From: Pelagomonas calceolata | Taxonomy: Eukaryota | NCBI GenBank assembly: GCA_918797485.1 | Contig: CAKKNE010000005.1 | Location: forward strand, 496,001 to 560,000 | Length of the DNA stretch: 64,000 nt | Reading direction: 5' to 3' | Shown: positions 18,905 through 28,975 of the stretch, piece after piece | How positions within the stretch are numbered: the first letter of the stretch is position 1 | Layout of the letters: every line of letters begins with the position of its first letter | The notes under the pieces: generated by a model | Seen by the model: only the letters and a program-made list of their open reading frames with translations | What the model was told of the DNA's origin: nothing | The model's database searches: none | Program-made: the position numbers and the translations under genes

Positions 18905-20530
18905 CTACTGACTCTCCTCGTTCCGCAGCCCCGTCAGCAGCCCGTTCATGTAGGCGCTCATGCGCCCCGCCTCCTCGCGCGACGCGCGCATGCAACTTTC
19001 TTTGAGAAACATGGGCACCGCGATCTCGACGAAGGGAAAGTCCGGTTGCAAATCAACGACCAGGCCTTCCACGACTTTGACCGCTAACGCCACGGCCACG
19101 AAAGACGCGTCCAACGCGACCCTATTATTCACGGCTAACGCGCAGACGTCGCCCACATACGACGCCATCGAATCAAAAATAGGTTGGGTCCGAGTAGATT
19201 CCACAAACTTCGCGAACCCGTCCACGAACGCCTCCTCCCGCTGGAGTTGGTCCTGCGAGTCGTCGCTCCCACCGTTGTTCTCGAGCAACAGCCGAGCCGC
19301 GTCGTCGCCGCGGTACTCCAACATAGCTCTCAGTACCCGAACCATCGTCTTGTGCGTCTCGGTCGGTATCTCCACACAGATGCCCGCATCCAAGATAGCT
19401 AACCTTCCGGTAGACTCCTCCACTAACACATTTCCGGGATGAAGGTCCCCGTGCACGAAGTTGTGATGTAAGACCATTTTTAGTACTGTTCTCGCACCAT
19501 GAGTGGCCAGCAATTCCTTCTCCTCGATCGATTTGTTCGCGGCGTACTTGAGGACGGGCGTGCCCTCCACAAAGTCCTCGACGAGTACATCTCGTTGCGC
19601 GCCATCGACGCCATTGACCTCCAAAACAGGCCTCGGAATCACCACGTTCTCATCTTGAGCAAATAACAAATGGAGCTTCTCGAGGTTCGCCGCCTCCGTC
19701 CGCAAGTCGAGTTGAGCGCGCATGACCTTTTCGAAGCGCTGTAAAGTACCTCTAACAGCCAAATATTTCAAGGAAGGCGCCCAGTACTCGACGATGGACC
19801 CGATACCGCGCAACAAACACATGTCGCAGTCCACTAATTCTCTCACTCCTGGATGGACTACTTTGACCGCGACGTCTCGACCATGTAGTGTCCCGCGGTG
19901 CACTTGCGCGACGCAGCCGCTTCCGAGGATCGGTCCTATCGTTAGGTCTTGGTCCCCGAACGCTTTGCTCACGGAGAGCTGCGTCTGTTCATAGCTATGA
20001 GGTTCGACTCGGTCGTGGAGTCGCGCGAACCGCCTAGTAGCTTGGACCGGAAACAAATCATCGCGAGACGCCGCCCACTGGCACAACTTGATAAAGGTCG
20101 GGCCCGCGCGCTCCACTTCTCGGAGGCACCAGGACCACCACAGGTCGTCGACTGCTCGAATGCCCAGCATCCGCGAGACGTCCGCCGTGAGCCGCCCGAC
20201 GATTAATGGCGTGGCTCTCAGAGAAAGGTTCATGGCTCTTCTCAGTAAACGCCACCGCGACGGCGTCTGTCGTAATTGTGCTGCTCGTTCCGCCGCGTCC
20301 GCTAATCGTTGTGCGCGTATCCGCGCGGCCTCGATGGCGGCGTCGTGCGTCGCCTCGGCGCGCGCGTAGGTCGTGGCGGCGAAGGCGAGCGTTAACGGGG
20401 CTCCTGCCGCCAGCGCGGCGCGGGGTGCGGCGACACTCGTGCGCCTTGCTGCAGATGCTAGGTGCTGCAGGGGCCGGCGGTTTTGACGCAGGGAAAGCGC
20501 TGCGCGCCGGGTGGCGGCGCGGGCCAGCAT
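18905..20530 (-). CDS. ABC1/UbiB atypical kinase (ADCK2-like) with a mitochondrial-type leader
   Basis: GPTFIKLCQWAASRDDLF, GSGCVAQVH, VAVKVVHP, NFVHGDLHPGN, LDAG. Confidence 0.92.
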   Translation of the reverse strand: MLARAATRRAALSLRQNRRPLQHLASAARRTSVAAPRAALAAGAPLTLAFAATTYARAEATHDAAIEAARIRAQRLADAAERAAQLRQTPSRWRLLRRAMNLSLRATPLIVGRLTADVSRMLGIRAVDDLWWSWCLREVERAGPTFIKLCQWAASRDDLFPVQATRRFARLHDRVEPHSYEQTQLSVSKAFGDQDLTIGPILGSGCVAQVHRGTLHGRDVAVKVVHPGVRELVDCDMCLLRGIGSIVEYWAPSLKYLAVRGTLQRFEKVMRAQLDLRTEAANLEKLHLLFAQDENVVIPRPVLEVNGVDGAQRDVLVEDFVEGTPVLKYAANKSIEEKELLATHGARTVLKMVLHHNFVHGDLHPGNVLVEESTGRLAILDAGICVEIPTETHKTMVRVLRAMLEYRGDDAARLLLENNGGSDDSQDQLQREEAFVDGFAKFVESTRTQPIFDSMASYVGDVCALAVNNRVALDASFVAVALAVKVVEGLVVDLQPDFPFVEIAVPMFLKESCMRASREEAGRMSAYMNGLLTGLRNEESQ

Positions 20531-20953
20531 TTTGAGACGTTCCCTTGTCGCTGAGTGTCCGTTTAATGCTCGTTTTGAGCGTACGACAAAGTCAGGCGCA
20601 TCGATGAATGAGCTCATCAGCCCCCATCGCCCCTCGACTTTACGCGTCCACACTGCTGCGACGGCGTGAGGAGGCGTCGACAACGCCGCAGGCGGCGTCT
20701 AAGCGTCAAACAATATCGGACGGGTTGCCTCATTCATTTTGCCTCTCGATCCATAAGCTACCTGTGCTGAAGCTGCCACGGCAAGCCATTGCCTGCAGGA
20801 GTAACAGTCGAACCCCCTCAGAACTGCTGACGCAACAGCGCGACCGCTTATCAAGTGTAGCGCCAGCAATCAAGCACCTAGCAGGGAGAGCATTGCGGCA
20901 ATACGCCATCGACACGATAACCGCACAGAAAATCACTTGCACGCGAAGGCACG

Positions 20954-21876
20954 ATGCCCTCTTGCAGCGCAATCTTGTTCCTGGCCGCGTCGACGCAGGC
21001 CCTGACGAAGGTCGCCGTCCTCGGCCCGGGGGACCCTTGGGTGTCGCTCAACGCGGCCAAGACCGCGCATAAGCAAGGCCTCACGTCATCAGTCGCGTGC
21101 AACAAACCCGCCGAAGCCCGTAAAATGCTCTGGGGCGCCGACCTTTCAAGTGAGGACGAAGCCAAAATTAAGGTGGTGGAAGGCGCCGAGGGCATCGGCG
21201 AGATTCTCGAGGACGCCGAGGGCTTGATCATATCCGGCGCCGGATTTGCTGGATTAACGGGCAATTACTGCGAGACCGTACTAAGGAACGCGCCCGCGTG
21301 CACGAGCGTGGCGATCTGCGTCGAGGCGGGCAAGAACGCCGACGCGGTCGACGCAGCTAGGAAAGCGTGTGCTGACCGACAAATCCCGTGCTCCGTGCTG
21401 CGCGTGCACGAGTTAAGAGGCGGCGGCCCGGGCACGAACAAAGGTGCTGGCGCGGCGTGAAACATGAGCTTCAATGTGATGCGTTCGCCGCGATGGAGAC
21501 CGCGACGGCGTCGTTCGACGCAGGCGAGGAGCTGGAGGATCTAGGATTATCACGGCAGTTCTACGACACGCAGTTCGACTTCCCCAAGTTTCAGGCGGAC
21601 GAGTACGCGGACAAGTTCCTGCTCGGGGTCTCCGCCGTCGCCGGGGACAAGCCCGTCAACTTCTTCCAGAAGATGAAGGCGGCGAATGGTATTCAAAGGG
21701 ACGACGGCGTCACGAATCGCGCGGTCGTCGGCCGGGCGCTCGTCGCGGCGCTGACATGCGAGCCCGTAGACCTGACGATGAATGTGGAGGAGGGCCTGCG
21801 GCCCGTGTTGCTGGGCGACGACGACTGGGCGGCGTGGTTCGCGGCGCCGAGGAAGGTGAGTGGTGAATTAAACTAG
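20954..21876 (+). CDS. Signal-peptide protein with a Rossmann-like fold; intron 21444-21523
   Basis: A GT-AG intron joins the two ORFs in frame (NK|GEEL). SVLRVHELRGGGPG and TNRAVVGRALVAAL resemble NAD_binding_10-like proteins. Confidence 0.6.
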
Positions 21877-21886
21877 GTAGTTACTC

Positions 21887-22963
21887 TCAGAACTGGAACT
21901 CGGCCTCCTCCTCATCCTGGGATACGTCCTGGGACGGCTGCGAGTTGAACTCGAGCGCGGACTCTTCCACGAGGTCGCAGGCCTGGGACGGCGGCACGGG
22001 CTGCGTCGGCGCGCACTCCATGTCCTGCGTCGGCGGGACGAGCTGCGTCGGCGCCACGTCCTGCGTCGGCGGCACCGCGTCCGCGTCCATGGCGGCGGCG
22101 GGCGCCGGGGAAGGCTCCGCCGCGGCCGGCGCGGCCGCCGCGGGCTCCGTGGCCATGGGCTCGGCCGGTGCCGGCTCGGACGGCGCCGCCGCTGCGGCCT
22201 CGTCGAACGCCGCCATCGCCGCGTCCAGATCGTCCTCCGGTACAGGTGGCGGCCTCGCAACCGGCATCCCAGATTCTTCGGCGTCCATGAGGTCCATGAG
22301 CGCCTCGCCCTCTTCGTCTATAACATCCTCGCGCTGGCGCATGAGCTCCTCCATCTCGCGCTGCGCTTCCCTTTCTGCTTGTTTCTTCGCTTTGAGGGCC
22401 AACGCCGCCGCCTTCTTGTCATCGATGGGATTCTTCTCCTCTTCTACCTCATCGACAACCTCACCTCGAGCGCGCCGCTTGGCCAACCTAACCTCCCGCC
22501 GCTGCAGATCTCGCAAGTTCTCGACCAACCCGCGCACGAACATCTTGTGGCCGAATTTATCGGTTCTTTGTAACAACTCATCAAGAGGCACCGACGGAAA
22601 CAGCTGCTTCGCCCAGGCCCGATACGTATCCACCAGTCTCCGAGCATCTGTTATATCTCGACCTTGGAACTTGGCCCGCTTCGGCGCGTGCTTCGGCAGC
22701 CACTCGAGGCCGTTGTCCTTCGCGAGGTCATTTTCGGTAAACTTCGGTCGTATTTTTTTTGTCGTGACGCCGAGCACGTCCTTGCCGGACTTCTTCTTCT
22801 TCTGCGGCGAGGGCGTGAGGTCCGGGAGAGCGCCGTTGGTCGGTTCTGTGGTTTTGATGGGCGCCTTCTCGAGGGGCGCGGGCGCTATTCCTCCAATGTC
22901 GTCGTACATGAGGCCCGCATCGTCGGAGTCATCATCAACAAAGGGGATGGCGCCGCCCTTCAT
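21887..22963 (-). CDS. TIPIN: Replication fork protection component TIPIN/Swi3/Csm3
   Basis: RPKFTENDL...GL...KFQGR...RRLVDTYRAWAKQLFP...DELLQRTDKFG is a Swi3 domain. The acidic tail carries TQ/SQ repeats. Confidence 0.8.
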   Translation of the reverse strand: MKGGAIPFVDDDSDDAGLMYDDIGGIAPAPLEKAPIKTTEPTNGALPDLTPSPQKKKKSGKDVLGVTTKKIRPKFTENDLAKDNGLEWLPKHAPKRAKFQGRDITDARRLVDTYRAWAKQLFPSVPLDELLQRTDKFGHKMFVRGLVENLRDLQRREVRLAKRRARGEVVDEVEEEKNPIDDKKAAALALKAKKQAEREAQREMEELMRQREDVIDEEGEALMDLMDAEESGMPVARPPPVPEDDLDAAMAAFDEAAAAAPSEPAPAEPMATEPAAAAPAAAEPSPAPAAAMDADAVPPTQDVAPTQLVPPTQDMECAPTQPVPPSQACDLVEESALEFNSQPSQDVSQDEEEAEFQF

Positions 22964-23184
22964 CCTGGACGAGCGGTGCGCGTCGACGGCGCGCCGTCGG
23001 CGGAGTTTCACACGCTGCTGATTTGAACTGCGGGCGCTCAAAGTCGGCGCAGCGATGCGCGGAGGGGCGCTTGCTTGCTGGCGTGCTTCCTGACTGTGCT
23101 AATGGCTGCAGTAACAGCTCCAATGCGCCTCTGGGGCCTGGGTGTCGGTGTAAGCGGTGCTTGGACTTTAGGCCGCAGTGCGCG

Positions 23185-23208
23185 GCTAGCGGCATGTAAG
23201 ACACTAGC
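23185..23208 (-). promoter_or_regulatory. Recurrent 24-bp upstream motif
   Basis: gctagcggcatgtaagacactagc, upstream of TIPIN. Confidence 0.7.
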
Positions 23209-23816
23209 AAGCAGATCAGCGGCATGCAGCTGTTTGACCATCGTCCGGTTCGCTAGTGGTCCAAAGAGATCAATGGGACACGTACTGGGGGTCGAAAAAG
23301 GAATTTTTTTAATTCGCGCCGACGATGGCCCCCATGGACGATGGCGGCCGCGCCGGTTTAATCCTGTCAATCCCTGCCCGCGAGGTCTCCCTGTGGCCGC
23401 CTATGGTCGATACTAGACACGCGCAAGCGCTTACACCGCATGCGCCCAGGCTAGGGGCATAATCGATCGATTCTCTCACCACTGCGACCCACAAAACCAA
23501 TTCGAATTTGGAGAGCGCACAGACACTGCAATTTAGAACGCACGACTGCGCGCAGTTGACAGGACGGAGTACACGGGGCCACGACCCCGCAGCGAAAAGC
23601 GCGCGGCGATTGAGCAGCGGTAGCGTGCACAATCACACTTCGCGCCAAAACCGGTTCTGGGCAGCAATTTGGACGCGCGCCAGCAGCGGCAGCCCTCGGA
23701 CCCCCCGAGGAGGCACCGCGGCGACCCCCCGGGGCGCCTCAGACGCAGCGGGCAGCCCCTGGACAGCGAGAAGCGCACAAACACCGCTGCCGGCGCAGCA
23801 ACGGTAACGGACGGCG

Positions 23817-24134
23817 ATGGACCACGGCACTAGAGACCCGGCGCCGGCGCCGACCACGGCGCCCGAACCCACGGAAAACACACCACAAAGACGGAAAAGG
23901 ATCGCGCAGGAACAGCTCGCGCGCGAGAAACAAGAAAATGAGGCGATAGAAGCGGAGGCGGAGTTGGCGGAAGTTAAACGGAGGAGGCGCGCGGCCGCCA
24001 AGAGACTCGCAGATTTACAAGATACAGATTACGCGTGCGGCAATCCCGAGCGGCCCTCGACGTCGCCGCAGCGCCCGCTCGGCGAGATCCGGTCGCCCGA
24101 CCTGCCCGCGGGGAGTTCGAGCGCGCGGTGTTGA
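23817..24134 (+). CDS. Short coiled-coil ORF directly upstream of the retroelement (host gene remnant or ORF1)
   Basis: ATG-initiated with an E/R/K/A-rich helix. It runs into retroelement-like sequence at ~24030. Confidence 0.35.
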   Translation: MDHGTRDPAPAPTTAPEPTENTPQRRKRIAQEQLAREKQENEAIEAEAELAEVKRRRRAAAKRLADLQDTDYACGNPERPSTSPQRPLGEIRSPDLPAGSSSARC

Positions 24135-24174
24135 AGCGCGCGCCGCGACTGGCGGGGTATGGCGGCGGCAAACA

Positions 24175-26688
24175 GTGGCGGCTGATCCGCGACGGCGACG
24201 GACTTATAGTCGGAGCCGAAGCCGCCGAACGAAGCCTCGCACAACAGTACGAAGACCGGCAGACCGTCGACCACTCGGCGTTCGACGGGCGAGCCCATGC
24301 GCCGACCGGATGCGCGAGTGGGAGCGAATACGGCGGCGCCTGCTCGAACCGTCGGCCCGAGAATCTCGTGCGACCGCCGCCCAGCTCGACGAGGAGAAAT
24401 GGTCCGCGTGGGAGGAGCGGGCGAGGGCCTTCCCGGACCCGAGCGTCATCCCGAACGACGACATACAAGCGGCGGCCGCCCGCGACTTCACCATGTCGGA
24501 ACTTGAACAAGTCATCCTCAACGACACCTCCACCGGGACGGCGCCGAGTCCCGGCGACGGCGTCTCGTACGAAGCGGTCCGGGCGGGCGGTATGGCGCTC
24601 TGGACCGTGATCCTCTTCCTGTACAACGCCCTACTCGCTGGGTGTACTGCACCGGAGGTGTGGCTCGAGGTCTACATCCGATGGTTATACAAGAAGGGCG
24701 ACCCGACGGTCTGGACGAATTACAGAGGAGTTGCGCTCGCGAGTGTCCTACTGAAGATATACGAGCGTCTACTGAAAAATCGGTGGAGTCGCATCTACGT
24801 GCCATTACTCCGCCCCGTGTCGTGGCTCCAGGACGAGGGAGCCCCCGGCGTCGACTGCCGGCATCAGTTGTGGCTCGTCCAGGACCTTTTAGCGTACAGA
24901 CTGTACGAATTGGGCTGTTTTACGTGGGTGATGACGATTGACCTAGAGCGCGCCTTCCCGAGCACGATGCGCGAGTACGTCGCCCTAGCGCTCTGGCACG
25001 CCGGGTGCCGCGGCGCCTTCCTACTCGCCCTTTGGAATATTTTGTGCAAGGCGGGCGTGCGCTTGTCCACGAGCGACGGACGCTGGAGCGACCTGGTGGA
25101 TTTCGAGCAGGGCCTATTGGAAGGACGCGTCTTTAGCGGCGACGCGTTCGCGGTCGTGCTCGACGATCTGCGGCGCGTCCTCGAAGAGTCCGGGCTCGGC
25201 GTGCGGCTCGGAAGAGCGACGGGGCCCCAAGTTTATTGTGGGGTAGTCCTGAAAACCGACGACGTCTTCCTGATGGCGGACTCGGCGAACGACCTGCGGT
25301 TGGCATACGGCATCGTGAAGGCGTGGGCCCACGAGTTCCGATTCAACCTCTCGCTGGGCAAGCACGAGGTTATGAGAGTCGGGATGCCGTCCGTCGCCGG
25401 ACGCGTCGTGTTCTGGTCTTGGCCTCGGGGCGAGCTCGCGCCCTACGTTAGAACGCGCCAGCACTACGCGTCGTACGACCTCGTGCCGGAGGCGTACACG
25501 CTCAAGGAAGCGGTCGTTTACTTGGGTTGCTGGATCTCGGAGTCGCTGTCGGCCGACTACTCTGCGCAGAAGCGACTCTGGGAGGCGTGGGAGATCTACA
25601 AGGCGGCGAAGGACTCCGTGCAGTCCGTGTCCGAACTACGACGCGCCGACGTGCTCTCCGTCATGAACGCGTTCTTTCGCGGAAAGCAGGAGTACCCGGG
25701 CGGGCCCACCACGCCCCTGTCCGGCGAGATCGGCTTCTTCGCGTCGAAGCCCGACAAGATGAACCACGGAGGCCTCTCGGGCGAGGTCGAGAACGCGTAC
25801 CTGGCGACCCTCCGCGTCACGCTCGGCGGCGTCGCGACGCACATGCCGAACGCCGCCTTACTCGAGATCACCGGCTCGAGGTCGCCGGCGTGGCGCCGCC
25901 GCGCGAGTAGGGCGATCTTCAAGCGCGCGTTGGAAGCCGTCGCCGTTGGCGAGAGGGCCGTGGTACTCGATGTTCTACGGTCGGCGAGGTCCGACGCCTT
26001 CACCGCACGATCCATCACGCACGCACTCGACGACGCGACGACTGATCTAGGCCTGGGTCGGCGGCCGCAGACGCTCGCATACAAGCCGCAGGAGTGGCGG
26101 ACACGCGTCAAGACCGCCGCGCGGTTCCTCGAACGGAAGTGGCGCCACGCCATCCTAAGGACGGAGTCGTCGTCGCGGCGCCTGGCGGCCGCTGTCTCGT
26201 GGGACCGCGGCCCGCCGGCCCTCTCCGCGCCCTGGCGGCGCGTCTTCTTCGCCGATTCGTCCTGCAAGGGCAACACCGCCTTCCTCATGTCGACCCTGTG
26301 CGAGCAGTACCGCCTCGTGCCGCACGTGCGGTCGAAGTTCGGGGGACCGGCCGAGGGATACTGTGACATTTGCCGGACCAACGTCGCGAGCGGGAGGGCC
26401 GACATTGCGCACCTCATCTTCGAGTGTCGATCGGTCGACTTCGTCGCGACGCGCGCCCGATGGCGCGCCGAGTACGAGGGCGAGATCGCGGCCGCGGGCG
26501 CCATCTTCCCGTCCGACGCGGACCCGCTCATGGTGTCGGTCGGACTCGTGCGCCCGAAGGCCCTGCGCAACGGCGTCCGGTTTGCGACGCTCTCATTGAG
26601 GCTCGCCATCGCGTTCGTGCGGCATTGGGGCCGGTTCGAGCATCGAATCCGCGACGAGGTCCGGAGCTTGCCCCCCTGCAAGTACTAG
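24175..26688 (+). CDS. Non-LTR reverse transcriptase with a C-terminal CCHC zinc knuckle
   Basis: APSPGDG (domain 0), YKKGDP..TNYRGVALASVLLKIYERLL, IDLERAFPS, GLLEGRVFSG, LKTDD, YLG, CDIC...IAHLIFEC. The true N-terminus probably lies in another frame, with a frameshift near 24300. Confidence 0.9.
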   Translation: MAADPRRRRTYSRSRSRRTKPRTTVRRPADRRPLGVRRASPCADRMREWERIRRRLLEPSARESRATAAQLDEEKWSAWEERARAFPDPSVIPNDDIQAAAARDFTMSELEQVILNDTSTGTAPSPGDGVSYEAVRAGGMALWTVILFLYNALLAGCTAPEVWLEVYIRWLYKKGDPTVWTNYRGVALASVLLKIYERLLKNRWSRIYVPLLRPVSWLQDEGAPGVDCRHQLWLVQDLLAYRLYELGCFTWVMTIDLERAFPSTMREYVALALWHAGCRGAFLLALWNILCKAGVRLSTSDGRWSDLVDFEQGLLEGRVFSGDAFAVVLDDLRRVLEESGLGVRLGRATGPQVYCGVVLKTDDVFLMADSANDLRLAYGIVKAWAHEFRFNLSLGKHEVMRVGMPSVAGRVVFWSWPRGELAPYVRTRQHYASYDLVPEAYTLKEAVVYLGCWISESLSADYSAQKRLWEAWEIYKAAKDSVQSVSELRRADVLSVMNAFFRGKQEYPGGPTTPLSGEIGFFASKPDKMNHGGLSGEVENAYLATLRVTLGGVATHMPNAALLEITGSRSPAWRRRASRAIFKRALEAVAVGERAVVLDVLRSARSDAFTARSITHALDDATTDLGLGRRPQTLAYKPQEWRTRVKTAARFLERKWRHAILRTESSSRRLAAAVSWDRGPPALSAPWRRVFFADSSCKGNTAFLMSTLCEQYRLVPHVRSKFGGPAEGYCDICRTNVASGRADIAHLIFECRSVDFVATRARWRAEYEGEIAAAGAIFPSDADPLMVSVGLVRPKALRNGVRFATLSLRLAIAFVRHWGRFEHRIRDEVRSLPPCKY

Positions 26689-26722
26689 ACCGGCGCCGCG
26701 GCACAACGCGCCGTGCAACGCC

Positions 26723-28975
26723 GTGCAACGCCGTGCGGGGTTTAGTCGACGGGTTTCGTGCCCGGACGACCTTCTCGGCATCCGGCGCCCTGCCGTCGAG
26801 ACGTCGGCCCCGTAGTCCTCGACGGATTGGCGTTGATCTGAGGTTGCGTCGGGCGCCGGTCGACTCGACGCGTTCGTTCTCCTCTCCCAACCTAACGCCG
26901 GCCCTCGAGCCGACACGAGGCGATCGCAACCGGCGGTCGCGGACCGCGCGGCCCTCGTCCGCGGCGTCGCCTAGGGCAAGTGCGACGCGCGCGGGCGGCA
27001 GGCCGCGCGATACAGCGACGGCGCGGGGCCGTGACGACCGTGACAACTGACACGATGATAGGCGGCCTTGTAAAGAACGACCACGAATTCTACGCCCGAC
27101 GGCCTACGGCGTCGCCTCGGTCTACTGAGTCCACGACGCGTGCTAATTTCAGGGGGACGCGGCCGTGGCCTCGGCGACCCGCCTGTTACTTGATTTCCAG
27201 TGGCCGCTACCGTGGCTCGATGGAAGCCGGCCGCTACCGCGGGCGGGCGTTGTATCTGCGGCGTCGCCTGGATTGAGCTCGACGCGTCGCGACCGGCGAG
27301 CGGTCGCAAATCGACTCGCGACGCCGCAGAGGTGATGTGGGACCCGGCGGCCTACCGCCGCCCCCCTGAGATCAAAGCCCACCCTCGATCGGCGCGCTAG
27401 GCGTGTCGGCGGCATCAACGTGATCGTTCGCGGCCCTGGCGCGCGCTCAATCCAGGGGAGATCGACGAGGGGCGTGCAACGCCGTGCGGGGTTTACTCGA
27501 CGGGTTTCGTGCCCGGACGAGCTTCTCGGCATCCGACGCCCTGCCGTCGAGACGTCGGCCCCGTAGTCCTCGACGGATTGGCGTTGATCTGGGGTTGCGT
27601 CGGGCGCCGCTCGACTCGACGCGTTCGTTCTCCTCTCCCAACCTAACGCCGGCCCTCGAGCCGACACGAGGCGATCGCAACCGGCGGTCGCGGACCGCGC
27701 GGCCCTCGTCCGCGGCGTCGCCTAGGGCAAGTGCGACGCGCGCGGGCGGCAGGCCGCGCGATACAGCGACGGCGCGGGGCCGTGACGACCGTGACAACTG
27801 ACACGATGATAGGCGGCCTTGTAAAGAACGACCACGAATTCTACGCCCGACGGCCTACGGCGTCGCCTCGGTCTACTGAGTCCACGACGCGTGCTAATTT
27901 CAGGGGGACGCGGCCGTGGCCTCGGCGACCCGCCTGTTACTTGATTTCCAGTGGCCGCTACCGTGGCTCGATGGAAGCCGGCCGCTACCGCGGGCGGGCG
28001 TTGTATCTGCGGCGTCGCCTGGATTGAGCTCGACGCGTCGCGACCGGCGAGCGGTCGCAAATCGACTCGCGACGCCGCAGAGGTGATGTGGGACCCGGCG
28101 GCCTACCGCCGCCCCCCTGAGATCAAAGCCCACCCTCGATCGGCGCGCTAGGCGTGTCGGCGGCATCAACGTGATCGTTCGCGGCCCTGGCGCGCGCTCA
28201 ATCCAGGGGAGATCGACGAGGGGCGTGCAACGCCGTGCGGGGTTTACTCGACGGGTTTCGTGCCCGGACGAGCTTCTCGGCATCCGACGCCCTGCCGTCG
28301 AGACGTCGGCCCCGTAGTCCTCGACGGATTGGCGTTGATCTGGGGTTGCGTCGGGCGCCGCTCGACTCGACGCGTTCGTTCTCCTCTCCCAACCTAACGC
28401 CGGCCCTCGAGCCGACACGAGGCGATCGCAACCGGCGGTCGCGGACCGCGCGGCCCTCGTCCGCGGCGTCGCCTAGGGCAAGTGCGACGCGCGCGGGCGG
28501 CAGGCCGCGCGATACAGCGACGGCGCGGGGCCGTGACGACCGTGACAACTGACACGATGATAGGCGGCCTTGTAAAGAACGACCACGAATTCTACGCCCG
28601 ACGGCCTACGGCGTCGCCTCGGTCTACTGAGTCCACGACGCGTGCTAATTTCAGGGGGACGCGGCCGTGGCCTCGGCGACCCGCCTGTTACTTGATTTCC
28701 AGTGGCCGCTACCGTGGCTCGATGGAAGCCGGCCGCTACCGCGGGCGGGCGTTGTATCTGCGGCGTCGCCTGGATTGAGCTCGACGCGTCGCGACCGGCG
28801 AGCGGTCGCAAATCGACTCGCGACGCCGCAGAGGTGATGTGGGACCCGGCGGCCTACCGCCGCCCCCCTGAGATCAAAGCCCACCCTCGATCGGCGCGCT
28901 AGGCGTGTCGGCGGCATCAACGTGATCGTTCGCGGCCCTGGCGCGCGCTCAATCCAGGGGAGATCGACGAGGGGC
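26723..28975 (+). repeat. Three tandem 751-bp direct repeats (26723-27473, 27474-28224, 28225-28975)
   Basis: Identical ORF translations recur at a 751-bp offset. The array is preceded by a 10-bp gtgcaacgcc repeat. Confidence 0.97.

Larger units (their letters stand above)
24030..28975 (+). mobile_element. Non-LTR (LINE-type) retrotransposon, apparently 5'-truncated or endonuclease-less, with a triplicated 3' region
   Basis: RT ORF followed by 3 x 751-bp repeats. The boundaries are approximate and no TSD was found. Confidence 0.8.

Noticed and set aside
26723..28975. Hammerhead ribozyme or Penelope pseudo-LTRs in the 751-bp repeats
   Set aside because: No CUGANGA...GAAA core was found by eye on either strand. 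The RT is LINE-like (domain 0, CCHC) with no GIY-YIG domain.
26723..28975. CRISPR array or DGR template/variable repeats next to the RT
   Set aside because: The units are contiguous 751-bp copies with no spacers. The few differences are not adenine-specific, and the context is eukaryotic.
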